Shown: piece after piece, positions 31,506-43,600 of the stretch
Layout: every line of letters starts with the position of its first letter
Position numbering within the stretch: the first letter of the stretch is position 1
Assembly (NCBI GenBank): GCA_965205335.1
Contig: OZ242164.1
Coordinates: 256,001-320,000, forward strand
Direction of reading: 5' to 3'
Length of the DNA: 64,000 nt
DNA from: Candidatus Woesearchaeota archaeon
GTDB taxonomy: Archaea > Nanobdellota > Nanobdellia > Woesearchaeales > UBA583
The notes under the pieces: generated by a model
Seen by the model: the letters and a program-made list of their open reading frames with translations, nothing else
Databases searched by the model: none
What the model was told of the DNA's origin: nothing
Position numbers and translations under genes: made by a program

Positions 31506-33851
31506 GTGAGAGAAGAAAAAGTATTAAAACAGAAAATTCTGAAAACGGTTTGGATACTTTTAATGTTCATTGTATTAATCTGCTTATCTGCAAACTCTGT
31601 ATTAGGGGAATGTGACGGCACTATAGCAGTTGGAAGTTCTACAAATGATACAGATTTAATCGCAGACTGTAAAACTCTGTTATCAATTAAAAAGCATTTT
31701 AATGCAAGTTTAGATTGGAGTGTTGACAAAAATATTAGTAATTGGGAAGGTGTTACGGTAAAAGATAACAGAGTAACTAAATTGGTATTGTTCCAAGCTA
31801 GTTTAGTTGGAGAAATTCCAAAAGAATTAGGCAATCTATCAAATCTGACTGAACTTGACTTGAGTAATGATAAATTCTTTGGAACAAAATCTAACAAGCA
31901 TAATAGCGAAAATAAAAATAGATTAAGTGGAAAGATACCAGCAGAATTAGGAAATTTAAAAAATCTGCAAAGACTCTTTCTTGGTAGTAATAATTTAACA
32001 GGGGGGATTCCAAAAGAGATTGGTAATATGACAAACCTAAAAGAATTAGATTTATTTAGAAATAATATAGGAGGAAATATTCCTAAAGAGTTAGGAAGCC
32101 TACCACAATTAAAAATGATTCTTCTTGACAGTTGTAATTTAACAGGAGAAATTCCAAAAGAATTAGCAAATTTAGGAAACTTAGAAGGACTTTATCTGGG
32201 TGAAAACTATTTAAACGGAACTATTCCAAAATGGTTAGAAAACCTCACTAAACTGAGGAATCTTGATTTAGGTGGTAATAGATTAACAGGTAATATTCCA
32301 AAGGAATTGGGAAATTTACAAAACTTGCGACTACTAGAATTATGGGGAAATATGTTAACAGGAGAAATTCCTAAAGAATTAGCAAATTTAGAACATTTAG
32401 AAGAACTTATATTATCTCTTAATTATTTAACTGGGGAAATTCCTAAAGAATTGGGGAATTTAACAAATTTGAGAACACTTCGTTTGAATACTAATAATCT
32501 AATAGGGGAAATCCCAAAAGAGTTAGGAAATCTATCCAAGATAACATGGCTCTTTTTACATAATAACAATTTAAACGGAAGCATTCCAGAAGAACTGGGA
32601 AATTTACAAAACTTGCGAATACTAGAATTATGGGGAAATATGTTAACAGGAGAAATTCCTACAGAATTAGGAAATCTATCAAAATTAAAAGATCTTCATT
32701 TGTATAACAATAATTTAAATGGAAGTATTCCTAAAGAGTTAGGAAATCTGACAAATTTGGTAGAACTTCGTCTGAACAATAATAATTTAACTGGGAGTAT
32801 CCCAAAAGAGTTAGGAAATTCATCAGAAATGCTATACTTCCATTTGTATAATAATAATTTAAATGGAAGTATTCCAAAAGAATTAGGTAATTTCCCGAAT
32901 TTGTTAGAACTTCGTCTGAACAATAATAGTTTAACTGGGGAAATTCCTAAAGAATTGGGAAAATTACCAAAGAATCTGTTAGTTAATATTATACACAACA
33001 ACCTAACAGGTTGCGCCCCATTTGTTAGACGTGTTAGACTAATAGCAGATTATTGGAATCCCAGATGCCCTCCACCAGCACCAGATCCTCCCAGAAGTGG
33101 AGGAGGTTCAGGAAGTGGAAGAAGCGGAGTTACATTGTACCCATGGGAACCACATGAATTTAAAATAAAAAATACTAAAACCAGTTCAACATGTGTAAAT
33201 GCAATAAACATAACATCAAATGAAAAAGTAAAGTTTGTAAAAGTAAGCGCTAAAAAGTCTAGAAAGAAACCATCCTCTATTGAAAATTCACCTGATGGAG
33301 ATATATTTGAATACTTTGAAATTGATGCAAAAAACATTCATAACCATCAAATATATGCCGCATTTATAATGTGTGTTTTAAGCAAAGAAGAAATTCCTCA
33401 AGAAAAAGATATAATAATATCAGGATATAATGAAGACAGTGGTGAATGGACAGACTTAGAAACAAAAGCAGTCAGTGAAACTGAAATTGATGTAACATAC
33501 TCTGCAAAGACATCAAATCTTTCATACTTACCATTTGTTGTAGCGGCAAGAGAGAAAGAAATCCCTCCTCCACTTCCTCTACTAATAATTGCTCCTGTTG
33601 AGGAGGAAGAGGAAGAAGAACCAATAGTTCACCAAGAAGAAATCAAAATAGAAACTAAAGAGGAAACAGACGAACAGGAAAACAAAGCAGAAGAAGATGA
33701 ACAAGAAGAAACAAATACAATTCCTCCACCTCCACTAGTATTTCCAGAGGAGAATGAATCAAGTTCATTCTTTCCTATATTAATCATCATCATAATACTT
33801 ATCTTAGTTTCAATATACATATTCATAAGAAGAAACAGAGAAATGTATTAA
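31506..33851 (+). CDS. LRR surface protein (781 aa): signal peptide, cap, about 17 plant-type LRRs, PGF-pre-PGF-like domain, acidic stalk, TM
   Basis: Same C...DLIADC..LL...L.W...WEGVT cap as the 24118 protein; 24-aa LRRs; C-terminal TM; GTG start. Confidence 0.9.
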   Translation: MREEKVLKQKILKTVWILLMFIVLICLSANSVLGECDGTIAVGSSTNDTDLIADCKTLLSIKKHFNASLDWSVDKNISNWEGVTVKDNRVTKLVLFQASLVGEIPKELGNLSNLTELDLSNDKFFGTKSNKHNSENKNRLSGKIPAELGNLKNLQRLFLGSNNLTGGIPKEIGNMTNLKELDLFRNNIGGNIPKELGSLPQLKMILLDSCNLTGEIPKELANLGNLEGLYLGENYLNGTIPKWLENLTKLRNLDLGGNRLTGNIPKELGNLQNLRLLELWGNMLTGEIPKELANLEHLEELILSLNYLTGEIPKELGNLTNLRTLRLNTNNLIGEIPKELGNLSKITWLFLHNNNLNGSIPEELGNLQNLRILELWGNMLTGEIPTELGNLSKLKDLHLYNNNLNGSIPKELGNLTNLVELRLNNNNLTGSIPKELGNSSEMLYFHLYNNNLNGSIPKELGNFPNLLELRLNNNSLTGEIPKELGKLPKNLLVNIIHNNLTGCAPFVRRVRLIADYWNPRCPPPAPDPPRSGGGSGSGRSGVTLYPWEPHEFKIKNTKTSSTCVNAINITSNEKVKFVKVSAKKSRKKPSSIENSPDGDIFEYFEIDAKNIHNHQIYAAFIMCVLSKEEIPQEKDIIISGYNEDSGEWTDLETKAVSETEIDVTYSAKTSNLSYLPFVVAAREKEIPPPLPLLIIAPVEEEEEEEPIVHQEEIKIETKEETDEQENKAEEDEQEETNTIPPPPLVFPEENESSSFFPILIIIIILILVSIYIFIRRNREMY

Positions 33852-33923
33852 AATTCTATTTTTACCATTATTTTAATGAATAAAAAATTTTGAAAAAAGT
33901 AAACAAAACACAAAATGTCAGAA

Positions 33924-36032
33924 CTACTTCTTAGAAATCTCTGTTATAGCATCTTCAAACATCTTAGAACTAACGCTAATCTTAGAATTAGAACCCTTCT
34001 TTCTTCCCCTTATTGCACTAAGACCTGCCTTTTGACAAATTCCCTCTATCTGTGCTCCTGAAATCTTATCCGTACTTTTAGCCAACTTCTTCAAATCAAC
34101 ATTTTTATCAAGAGGCATATTCTTTGTATGAATCTTAAAAATCTCAAACCTTGTATTCTCATCCGGAAGTCCAATCTCAACAATTGAATCCAGACGCCCA
34201 GATCTCTTTAAAGCATCATCCACCAAATCAGCCCTGTTAGTTGCGGCAATAATGCTAACTCCAGTTAACTCCTCAACACCATCAAGCTCTGTCAATAACT
34301 GATTAACTATTTTATCATTAACATTATTTGAATGTCCTCCTCGAACTGTTGCAATTGAATCAAACTCATCAAAAAAAATAACAGTTGGAGCAACCTGTTT
34401 TGCCTTCTTAAAAATCTCACGAACTGCCTTTTCTGACTCCCCAACCCATTTACTGACCAACTCAGGACCCTTAACAGAAATAAAATTTGCCTCACATTCA
34501 GTAGCAACTGCCTTTGCAAGAAGAGTCTTACCAGTTCCCGAAGGACCCGTCAATAAAACTCCCTTTGGAGCACTAATCCCAACCTCCTTAAAAACCAGGG
34601 GTTCTTTCAAAGGCATCTCAACCATCTCTTTTAACGAACGCTTAGCATCACTCAAACCCCCAATATCATCCCACCTGACATTAGGCCTTCTAATTAAAAC
34701 CTCACGCATAGCCGATGGCTCAACCTTATTTAATGCTTCCATAAAATGAGTATTATTAATCCTAATATGCTCAAGAGATTCTGTTGGAATCCTATCATCA
34801 AACTTAACCAAATCAGGAATCCACTTCTTTAACGCCTTCATAGCAGCTTCCTTAGATAAAACCTCTAAATCTGCTCCTGTAAAACCATGTGAAATATCAG
34901 CAATTCTCTTCAAACTCACATCCTTATCAAGCGGCATACCACGGGTATGAACATCAAGAATCTCAAGCCTTCCATCCCTTGAAGGAGGATTAATTGCAAT
35001 CTCTCTATCAAACCTTCCCGGACGTCTCAATGCAGAGTCAATTGAATTAGGTCTGTTAGTTGCAGCAATAACAACAACATTCCCACGCCCCTTAAGTCCA
35101 TCCATAAGAGTTAGAAGTTGAGCAACAATTCTTCTCTCAGCCTCACCTGAAACCTCATCACGACTTGGAGCAATAGAATCAATCTCATCAATAAAAACAA
35201 TTGCCGGACTGTTCTTCTCAGCCTCCTCAAAAATCTCACGAAGTTGCTTCTCTGATTCCCCATAATACTTACTCATAATCTCTGGACCATTAATAACCTT
35301 AAAATGAGCATCAAGTTCATTCGCCAAAGCCTTTGCAAGAAGAGTCTTACCTGTCCCAGGAGGTCCATACAGCAAAACACCCTTAGGCGGACTAATGCCT
35401 ATTCTCTCAAACACCTCAGGATGCTTCATAGGAATCTCAATCATCTCACGAATATCCTCAACTTCCTCCTTCAAACCCCCAATATCATCATATGTAATAC
35501 TTGGAACTTTCAAATCCTTAGGCTCTGTAACCTTAGATGAAACTCTAAGATTAGTATTTGATGTAACCCGAACAAAACCCTTTGGACTTGTTTTTGACAC
35601 AATATAATGCAAAGTTGTTCCCATAATATTAAAACTCACAACATTACCCTTAGTCAAAGCCTTTCCAACTAATTTATTCAGAAAAATAGGAGTTGGATCC
35701 CCTGTAAACTTCCAGTCATTTGTTGGAGCAATCTCAATAGACTTTGCAACACTAACTAAAGCCTTAGAAACACTAACCTTATCACCAAGAGAAACACCAC
35801 AATTTGAACGAATAGAAGAATCCATCCTAACAATATCCAATCCTTCATCCTCAGGCTTTGATTTTAAAACCTTAGCTAAAGTCTCAGACTTAGCACTCAA
35901 AACAACATAATCCCCCTCACTAATACTAAGATTATCCAAAGCTTTCAAATCAAGCCTGACAACCCCCTGTCCAATATCCTCATGATACGTTTCAGCTACA
36001 CTCAAAGACATCTCCTTTTTATCTTCACCCAT
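33924..36032 (-). CDS. cdc48: AAA ATPase Cdc48/VCP (VAT)
   Basis: N domain plus two AAA modules ([15 protein letters not shown] and [14 protein letters not shown]). Confidence 0.96.
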   Translation of the reverse strand: MGEDKKEMSLSVAETYHEDIGQGVVRLDLKALDNLSISEGDYVVLSAKSETLAKVLKSKPEDEGLDIVRMDSSIRSNCGVSLGDKVSVSKALVSVAKSIEIAPTNDWKFTGDPTPIFLNKLVGKALTKGNVVSFNIMGTTLHYIVSKTSPKGFVRVTSNTNLRVSSKVTEPKDLKVPSITYDDIGGLKEEVEDIREMIEIPMKHPEVFERIGISPPKGVLLYGPPGTGKTLLAKALANELDAHFKVINGPEIMSKYYGESEKQLREIFEEAEKNSPAIVFIDEIDSIAPSRDEVSGEAERRIVAQLLTLMDGLKGRGNVVVIAATNRPNSIDSALRRPGRFDREIAINPPSRDGRLEILDVHTRGMPLDKDVSLKRIADISHGFTGADLEVLSKEAAMKALKKWIPDLVKFDDRIPTESLEHIRINNTHFMEALNKVEPSAMREVLIRRPNVRWDDIGGLSDAKRSLKEMVEMPLKEPLVFKEVGISAPKGVLLTGPSGTGKTLLAKAVATECEANFISVKGPELVSKWVGESEKAVREIFKKAKQVAPTVIFFDEFDSIATVRGGHSNNVNDKIVNQLLTELDGVEELTGVSIIAATNRADLVDDALKRSGRLDSIVEIGLPDENTRFEIFKIHTKNMPLDKNVDLKKLAKSTDKISGAQIEGICQKAGLSAIRGRKKGSNSKISVSSKMFEDAITEISKK

Positions 36033-36164
36033 TTGCCATAAACCTCTTCTAAATATAAAAATAGATAATACTCTTTTATTTATAAATTTTTTCTCAAAAC
36101 CGAAAGAAACCTAAAAGAATTAGGATTTGTGAAAAAACAATTACGAAAAACAAAAATAACAACC

Positions 36165-36512
36165 TTATACTTCTATGTTTTTTAGAAGAACATTGTTTAT
36201 ATAGTCTAAAATTTCTTTTGTTGATTCAGATTGTTTTTCAATTAATTGCCATTTTTCATCACGACTTAGTTTTATGATTTCTTTTTCTCTTCTTTTTCCT
36301 TCAGATTGGTCCTGTACCTCTTCTTGATATATCATTTCTTTAAATCCTTGTATTTTGATGTATCTTGCTGCGCTTCTTCCTCTATTGTAATGTTGCATCA
36401 TTCTTCTGAATGAGTTATTTGTTTCTCCAACATATATAGTATTATTTTTGCATAGTACCATATATACGTAGTGTTTGCGGCGTCCTCTTTTTCTTCTTAT
36501 ATTTTGATTCAT
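36165..36512 (-). CDS. GIY-YIG nuclease family protein (UPF0213-like)
   Basis: HYVYMVLC..NTIYVGET...RRMMQH and RE.EI.KL motifs. Confidence 0.85.
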   Translation of the reverse strand: MNQNIRRKRGRRKHYVYMVLCKNNTIYVGETNNSFRRMMQHYNRGRSAARYIKIQGFKEMIYQEEVQDQSEGKRREKEIIKLSRDEKWQLIEKQSESTKEILDYINNVLLKNIEV

Positions 36513-36649
36513 AACTTATCAGTAATAACTCCATATTTATAAATTTATTTTTTCACAGGGTCTCTAAAAGTTAACAGAACCAAATAACAATAAAATTTAA
36601 AAAGACAACTTAGATTATTATTTTAGAGGCAGATTCTATATATTCAAAT

Positions 36650-36731
36650 GCTGAGGTCGCATAGTCTGGTATTGCGCGGGCCTGCTAAGTCCGTTCCTTT
36701 GGAATCGCGGGTTCAAATCCCGTCCTCAGCG
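36650..36731 (+). tRNA. tRNA-Ser(GCT)
   Basis: GCTGAGG...CGGGC-CT-GCT-AA-GTCCG, variable arm TTCCTTTGGAA, GGGTTCAAATCCCG, CCTCAGCG. Confidence 0.95.
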
Positions 36732-36893
36732 TATTAGAACTATTAAAATTAATAATTTTTTCACTTCATTAAACCTACATCCTAAAAAATTCTTTCCTGT
36801 GACAACCTGACAAGAACTATCTAAATCTAAACCTCATAATCAAAAACGAACCTAAAGTACATAAAAAGAGAGAAAAAAAGATTAGAAACATTC

Positions 36894-39071
36894 CTATATG
36901 AAAAACAAAGTAATTACAATTAAAACGAGTATAAGCAAAATTCCACAAACTAAGTAGAATGTGACTATATCAAAAGTAACACCAAAAATCGTAATCAAAT
37001 CTCCTGTATCTTGGGTTATCTTAATATCTTCAACTGAAATGGAAACCTCATCTACAACAAAAGCCTCGCCTTCCGACAACGTTATATTTTCTCCATTTAC
37101 TTCAAGTGACACATTATTCTCCTCAACTAAAACTGCCTTAATACTCTGAGATTTTCCATTAACTTCAATAACTAAAGACTCTCCCTGAGCCAACTCAAGC
37201 AATTCATCCTCAATCATAATCTCTACAACTCTATTAGAATCTATTTCATCACCCTCTCCGAAAATAGTTGGGGGCTGCGTATCTACTACAGCTTTATTAC
37301 ATCCAGTAACCCTTAAATTACTTGTTCTTGTTTCAACCAGTCCATTAAACCTAACTCTTTGCTCAACAACATATGAACCATCATCAAGACCTTCCAGACG
37401 AAGTGCAGAATTATCCTGAGTTGAATCATCTACATACAAATCTACAAGCCCACTTTTAACTTGTATCTTTTCTCCAACAACTTCTGTCTCAAACTGCACC
37501 TTCTCATCAAATCTTCCAAGATTTTTAACCTTCATAAAAGAAAACACAGTACCCCCACACTTAACAACACCAGGAGTAACACCATAACTCTCTATCTTAA
37601 TATTATGATTAGCCCTTCTAATCTCCACATCTTCAAGCTCAACTAAATCTCCATCATCATACCTTACCCTAACCTCTAAAGTATGAGTACCATCTCTTGC
37701 CCCCTCTGGAATATGAAACCTCAAAAACTCACTATGTTCTGAATTTGAATCCAAATCAAAAGGTGAATTTGACTCAATAATATCTGAATTATCAATATCT
37801 ACATTTCTCAACTTACCTGTAACTCTAATATTATCCTCAAACCTTGAACCACTATTTACAATTACAACCTCAACATTTAGATTCTGTCCAGGAACAACTG
37901 TCTCAGGAACCACAACAGGTGTTTTTATATATAAATCACTTGTAACTCTTAACTCTAAAGTCAAATCATCATATCTTTTGTTTCCTATCTCTGAAACTGC
38001 TCTAATCTTAGCACTATAAGTTCCACTAGGAGTATCAGTTGGAATATCAATAATAACTTCAACATCATCCTCTTCATCAACATCTAAATCAACACTTGAA
38101 GGATGAAATGACACAATAGACTTAGGCAGAGTTCTATCTGAAAACCTCTCCTCAAAATCTCCATCTAATTCAAATTCAATATTATCAACTCTTATATTCC
38201 CATTATTAATAACTTCAAACTCAACATTAGAAACAGAATCTCCAGTTTCCCCTCTAACTTTAATAATTGTCTCATCTATATCAATCTCCTCATTTCCTCC
38301 TCCCACATCAAGTTCTATATCAAACTCAACATCTGCTAACTGATCTGATGAAACTGTCATAGTTCCCTCATAAATATCCCCTCTAATATCACGTGGAACA
38401 TCAATATCAATTCTAATACTTCTTGACCTCCCTGCACGTAAATCAAATTTCTTATCATTACTATCATCAATAGAAATTTCATCCCTATCAATATTATCTC
38501 CACTATCAAGCCCTTCAAGATCGCTAAACTCTACTCTAACATTTTCTAAATCAATCTGACCTTTATTCTTGATTCTAAAAGTATGAGAATCTTCCTCATC
38601 AATTTCCCCTTCCATCTCTAAAATATCATTCTCATTATCATCCTCTAAAGTCAAAACAGAAGAACCTGATTCCCTAACAGAAAGATTCACTAAAGTTGTA
38701 GCATTAAGAGAAGAATTCGTTCTTGATCTGAATGTAATACTTCCTATATAAACTCCCTCTGTTGAAGGAGCAGTGTATACAAAGACAACATTACTTGTAT
38801 CTCCTGCTTCTAGATCATTTACTGAAGAAGGAGTAGGTGTTAGTTTAATAGTCTTTGAACCATTTTTCGGATTTGCTATCTTAAATCTTATATCCAATTC
38901 CTCATCCCCTATATTTGATACAGTCACACTAAATGCCTCTGAATTACTAAAATCTACACTCTTGCTAATAGATAGAGTCACAGTGAAATTCGCAGCAGCA
39001 CTCACTAATGCCAAAGATAATAAAATACCAAGCAAAGCGCCCATAAATGTTGAAATTGCAATTTTTTTCAT
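36894..39071 (-). CDS. S-layer-like / multi-Ig-domain acidic membrane-anchored surface protein
   Basis: Signal peptide; repeated Ig/CARDB-like units (xNxG, IDIPxD.PxGxY); C-terminal TM. Confidence 0.7.
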   Translation of the reverse strand: MKKIAISTFMGALLGILLSLALVSAAANFTVTLSISKSVDFSNSEAFSVTVSNIGDEELDIRFKIANPKNGSKTIKLTPTPSSVNDLEAGDTSNVVFVYTAPSTEGVYIGSITFRSRTNSSLNATTLVNLSVRESGSSVLTLEDDNENDILEMEGEIDEEDSHTFRIKNKGQIDLENVRVEFSDLEGLDSGDNIDRDEISIDDSNDKKFDLRAGRSRSIRIDIDVPRDIRGDIYEGTMTVSSDQLADVEFDIELDVGGGNEEIDIDETIIKVRGETGDSVSNVEFEVINNGNIRVDNIEFELDGDFEERFSDRTLPKSIVSFHPSSVDLDVDEEDDVEVIIDIPTDTPSGTYSAKIRAVSEIGNKRYDDLTLELRVTSDLYIKTPVVVPETVVPGQNLNVEVVIVNSGSRFEDNIRVTGKLRNVDIDNSDIIESNSPFDLDSNSEHSEFLRFHIPEGARDGTHTLEVRVRYDDGDLVELEDVEIRRANHNIKIESYGVTPGVVKCGGTVFSFMKVKNLGRFDEKVQFETEVVGEKIQVKSGLVDLYVDDSTQDNSALRLEGLDDGSYVVEQRVRFNGLVETRTSNLRVTGCNKAVVDTQPPTIFGEGDEIDSNRVVEIMIEDELLELAQGESLVIEVNGKSQSIKAVLVEENNVSLEVNGENITLSEGEAFVVDEVSISVEDIKITQDTGDLITIFGVTFDIVTFYLVCGILLILVLIVITLFFI

Positions 39072-39351
39072 TTTCCCATAACTATAATATATTATAATTT
39101 GTTAATTGTTATTACTACTTAATAATTACTAATTTATAAAGCTTTTGATTTAGTTCATCCCTTCTAAAAACTCCAAAAACCTAAGATTCTCCTAAAAAAT
39201 CATGCAAACCCCTACTATAAAGACTTCAAAACAAACATAAAAACTGCACAATCCACACCCTAAACAGAAAGCCTACTCTTATACAAAAATTCAAAATATC
39301 CACAAATAATCAGTACTAAAATTTATAAACTACAAAATTAAAGAAAATAAT

Positions 39352-39897
39352 ATGAGAAAAAAAGATGATAAATTAATCAACTACTTTCTCTACATAGGAT
39401 ACATCTTAATTCTTGTGATAGTTATCTCAATGTTCGTTTTAACAAGCAAAATTGTCTTCTCGAACTCTACCACACTAGGTCATGTTATAGAAACCAAAAA
39501 CTTGCTTGAGGATATTGAAGAAACTCAGAAAGTCGCTGAAAAAAACATTGAAAAAAACAATAACCTAACTGTGGATTTATATGAGAGAAAATATAATTTT
39601 AATGACTTCCCATCTCAGATTGTTGACTTCTCATATTTAAACATCAATGAAAACAAAACATTTATAACGCTCCACATTACAGATAACATCAAAGAAAGAG
39701 AAGGAGTTTATTACTTCAGTAACAAAAGCCTGATTGAAAGAAGAGATAAGATAGCATACCTCAAAGAATTTCAGATATACATAGGAGAATTTATCTCCCA
39801 GAAAGATAACACATATAATATAAAAAGCAAAGATGCAATAGAGAAAGTTCCACAAATAAATGTCCTGGGAAAGATACTCTATATCAAAAATGATTGA
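39352..39897 (+). CDS. Hypothetical single-pass membrane protein
   Basis: N-terminal TM; TATA box 30 nt upstream; overlaps endA. Confidence 0.6.
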   Translation: MRKKDDKLINYFLYIGYILILVIVISMFVLTSKIVFSNSTTLGHVIETKNLLEDIEETQKVAEKNIEKNNNLTVDLYERKYNFNDFPSQIVDFSYLNINENKTFITLHITDNIKEREGVYYFSNKSLIERRDKIAYLKEFQIYIGEFISQKDNTYNIKSKDAIEKVPQINVLGKILYIKND

Positions 39898-40390
39898 AAC
39901 TAAACTGATTAGAGGACAAATCATATTAAAAGAAAGAGACTTTCAGAGATTGTACTCTAAAGGATTTGGCGAAAAAACCGGAAAACTGTTTATTCTTAAT
40001 TCAAACGAAACATTATACCTCTTAGAAAAAGGAAAAATCAATGTATTAGACTTTAGGCAAAAATCTATTGGATTTGAAGAATTACTAAAAAAACTAAAAG
40101 TTGACTATAACAAATACTTAGTATTCTCTGATTTAGTTCGTAAAGGAAATAAAGTAAAATCAGCTCTCAAATACGGCTTTGATTTTAGAGTTTATGAAAA
40201 AGGAACTAACATAAAAAACGGACACTCTAAGTGGTTAGTTATAATTAAGAAGAGTACTGATAACATTAACCTAACAGACTTTGCTGCAAAAATCAGAGTT
40301 GCCCATTCAAGCAAAAAAAATGTTCTTATTGCATGTGTTGATTCTCAAAAAGATATCACATATTTTGAATCCAACTGGAAAAAGATTTAA
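39890..40390 (+). CDS. endA: tRNA-intron endonuclease, catalytic subunit
   Basis: YLVFSDL..KG..VKSALKYGFDFRVY, HSKWLV and R.AHSSKK contain the Tyr/His/Lys triad; likely start ATG 39890. Confidence 0.92.
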   Translation: MIETKLIRGQIILKERDFQRLYSKGFGEKTGKLFILNSNETLYLLEKGKINVLDFRQKSIGFEELLKKLKVDYNKYLVFSDLVRKGNKVKSALKYGFDFRVYEKGTNIKNGHSKWLVIIKKSTDNINLTDFAAKIRVAHSSKKNVLIACVDSQKDITYFESNWKKI

Positions 40391-40637
40391 TTCAATCACT
40401 TCCTAATTAAAACAATATATTTTAAATTGTATAAATTCTTTTATAAATAAAAAAACTCATTAAAGAAAATATAATTTTGAAAGAGAATTAAAATTAACCT
40501 CAAACAACAATAACCTAACGAGATTAAATTCGCAATGCTTAGTATTTATAAATTAATACAAATATTTAAAACACTACTTTACATCCTTAATTATTATGTT
40601 TACAAGGAATATTTCTATTTCCTTGGAGGAGGGATAT

Positions 40638-43600
40638 ATGAAGTTATATGTACTCTTCTCACTCTTATTTGTAATCAGTTTTATGAGTAGTAGTTTTGTA
40701 TATGCTACTAACGTAGAAATTATTCCACTAGGGAATATTGAAGATAATTTAGAATTGGATGCTGCTGCTGATATTTTTATTAAAGATGGATTGGCGTATG
40801 TTACAGGAAATATTGATGACGGGGTTCAGATTTTGAATGTCTCAAACCCAAATAAAATTATTCCTCTGGGGCACATCAAAGATAGTAACATTCTGGAATT
40901 GAATGGGGCTGCGGGTATTTTTGTTGAAGATGGATTGGCGTATGTTGCAGGAAATGATGATAACGGGGTTCAGATTTTGAATGTCTCAAACCCAAATAAT
41001 ATTATACCATTGGGGTATATTAGAGCTAATAGCAATCTGGCATTGTATGGGGCTGCTGATATCTATGTTGAAGACGGATTAGCATATGTTACAGGTAATG
41101 ATGATAACGGAGTTCAGATTTTGAATGTGTCAAACCCAAATAATATTGTACCATTAGGAAATATCAAAGATAGTAACATTCTGGAATTGCATGGGGCTGC
41201 TGATATATATGTTGAAGACGGATTAGCGTATGTTACAGGGAATACTGATAACGGGGTTCAGATTTTGAATGTGTCAAACCCAAATAATATTGTCCCATTA
41301 GAGTATATCAGAGATAATAGCAGTCTGGAATTGAATGGTAGTGCTGGTATCTATGTTGAAAATGGATTGGCATACATTACTGGTGCTAATGACAATGGAG
41401 TTCAGATTTTGAATGTATCAAACCCAAATAATATTGTACCATTAGGAAATATCAAAGATAGTAACAGTTTGGAACTGAATGGTAGTGCTGGTATCTATAT
41501 TGAAAGTGGATTGGCGTATGTTACTGGTTACAATGATGATGGGGTTCAAATTTTGAATATATCAAACCCAAATAACATTGTCCCATTAGGAAATATCAAA
41601 GATAATAACAGTTTGGAACTGAATGGGGCTGCTGATATATATGTTGAAAATGGGTTGGCGTATGTCACAGGGAATATTGATGATGGTGTTCAGATTTTAG
41701 ATGTTAGCGATCCCAATAACATTGTCCCATTAGATAATTTTGATGACTACAGTTTATCACTGGATACTCCCAGAAATATTCTTGTTGAAGATGAATTAGC
41801 TTATGTTACCAGTTATTACGGATTTGGAATCCAGATTTTAAACGTCAGTAACCCAAATAATATTATCCCATTAGATAATATTAATGATAATATACACAAT
41901 GATGTATTGTTAAGGGGTGCTGTTAGTATTCATGTTGAAGATGGATTAGCTTATGTCTCAAGTAATCTTGATAAGGCAGTTCAGATTTTAAATGTCAGTA
42001 ATCCAAATAATATTATCCCATTAGATAATATTAAAGATGATGATAATTTGAGATTGGATTTTTCTCATGGTATGGATGTTAAAGATGGATTGGCGTATGT
42101 TACCAATTATATTGGTGCTGGTGGAATTCAGATTTTAAATGTCAGTAATCCAAATAATATTACTCCTTTAGGTAGTATCGGAGATAATGGTAGTTTAGAA
42201 TTGAGCGGTGCTTATGATATTTGGGTTGAAGATGAATTGGCATATGTTGCTAGTATTTATGATAATGGAGTTCAGATTTTAAATGTCAGTAATCCAAATA
42301 ATATTACTCCCTTAGACAATATCAAAGACAGTAATGATCTGGAATTGAATGGTGTCAGAAGTATTTATGTTAAAGACAAATTGGCTTATGTTGCTAGTAC
42401 TTTTTATAATGGAATTCATATATTTAATGTCAGCAATCCCAACAATATTACTCATTTAGATAGTATTAAAGATGATGTGAAATTAAGTAGTCCTTGGGAT
42501 ATTTATGTTGAAGACAACTTGGCTTATGTCACTGTTTATGATGATGGTGATTTTATGGATAATGGAGTTGTGATTTTAGATGTCAGTGATCCCAATAACA
42601 TTACTTACTTAACAAGAATTACTGATAATGAGAATTTAAAATTGAAAGGAGCTTATGGTATTTATGTCAAAGATGGATTGGCGTATGTTACTGGTAACCT
42701 TGATGATGGTGTTCAGATTCTTAAGATATCTATAAGTGGGGTTTGCGGGGCAAACAATAATGTCTGTACTATGGGAAATATGCAAGATACAGTAGATAAT
42801 TCCACTCACTATCTATGGAATTGTAATGGGATAAATGGAGGAGATAATGTTATGTGTAGCAAACCAACTCATGTTAATGGAGTATGTGGAACAAACAATA
42901 ATATCTGCACAACTGGAATTCTAGAAGATACAGTAGATAATTCCACTCACTATCTATGGAACTGTAATGGAATAAGTGGGGGGACAGATGATTCGTGTAG
43001 TCTGGGGATTCCTCCTATTGTAAATGGAGTATGTGAAGTAAATAATAATGCATGTACAACTGGAAATCCAAATGATAAAACAGATAATTCAACTCACTAT
43101 CTATGGGATTGTAACGGAATAAATGGAGGAACTAACGCTTCTTGTAACAAACTAATCCCTATAAATGGAGTATGTGGAGGAAATAATAATTCTTGTACAA
43201 TGGGAAATCTAAATGATACACCTGACAATTCAACTCATTATCTGTGGGACTGTAATGGGTTAAATGAAGGAAATAATGCTTCATGTAATGAAGTGATTCC
43301 TCCTATAATAAACGGAGTCTGTGGAGGAAATAATAATTCTTGTACAATGGGAAATCTAAATGATACAAATGATAATTCAACTCACTACCTATGGGATTGT
43401 AACGGAATAAATGGTGGAACAGATGATACATGTAGTCTGGTTATTCCTCCTATAATAAACGGAGTCTGTGGAACAAGTAACAATGCTTGTACAACGGGAA
43501 ATCTAAATGATACAAATGATAATTCAACTCACTACCTATGGGATTGTAACGGAATAAATGGTGGAACAGATGATACATGTAGTCTGGTTATTCCTCCTAT

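Noticed and set aside
105-36731. tRNA introns, split tRNAs or tRNA-anchored integrated elements (prompted by endA)
   Set aside because: All three tRNAs are contiguous and intron-less, and no duplicated tRNA 3' end or integrase was seen
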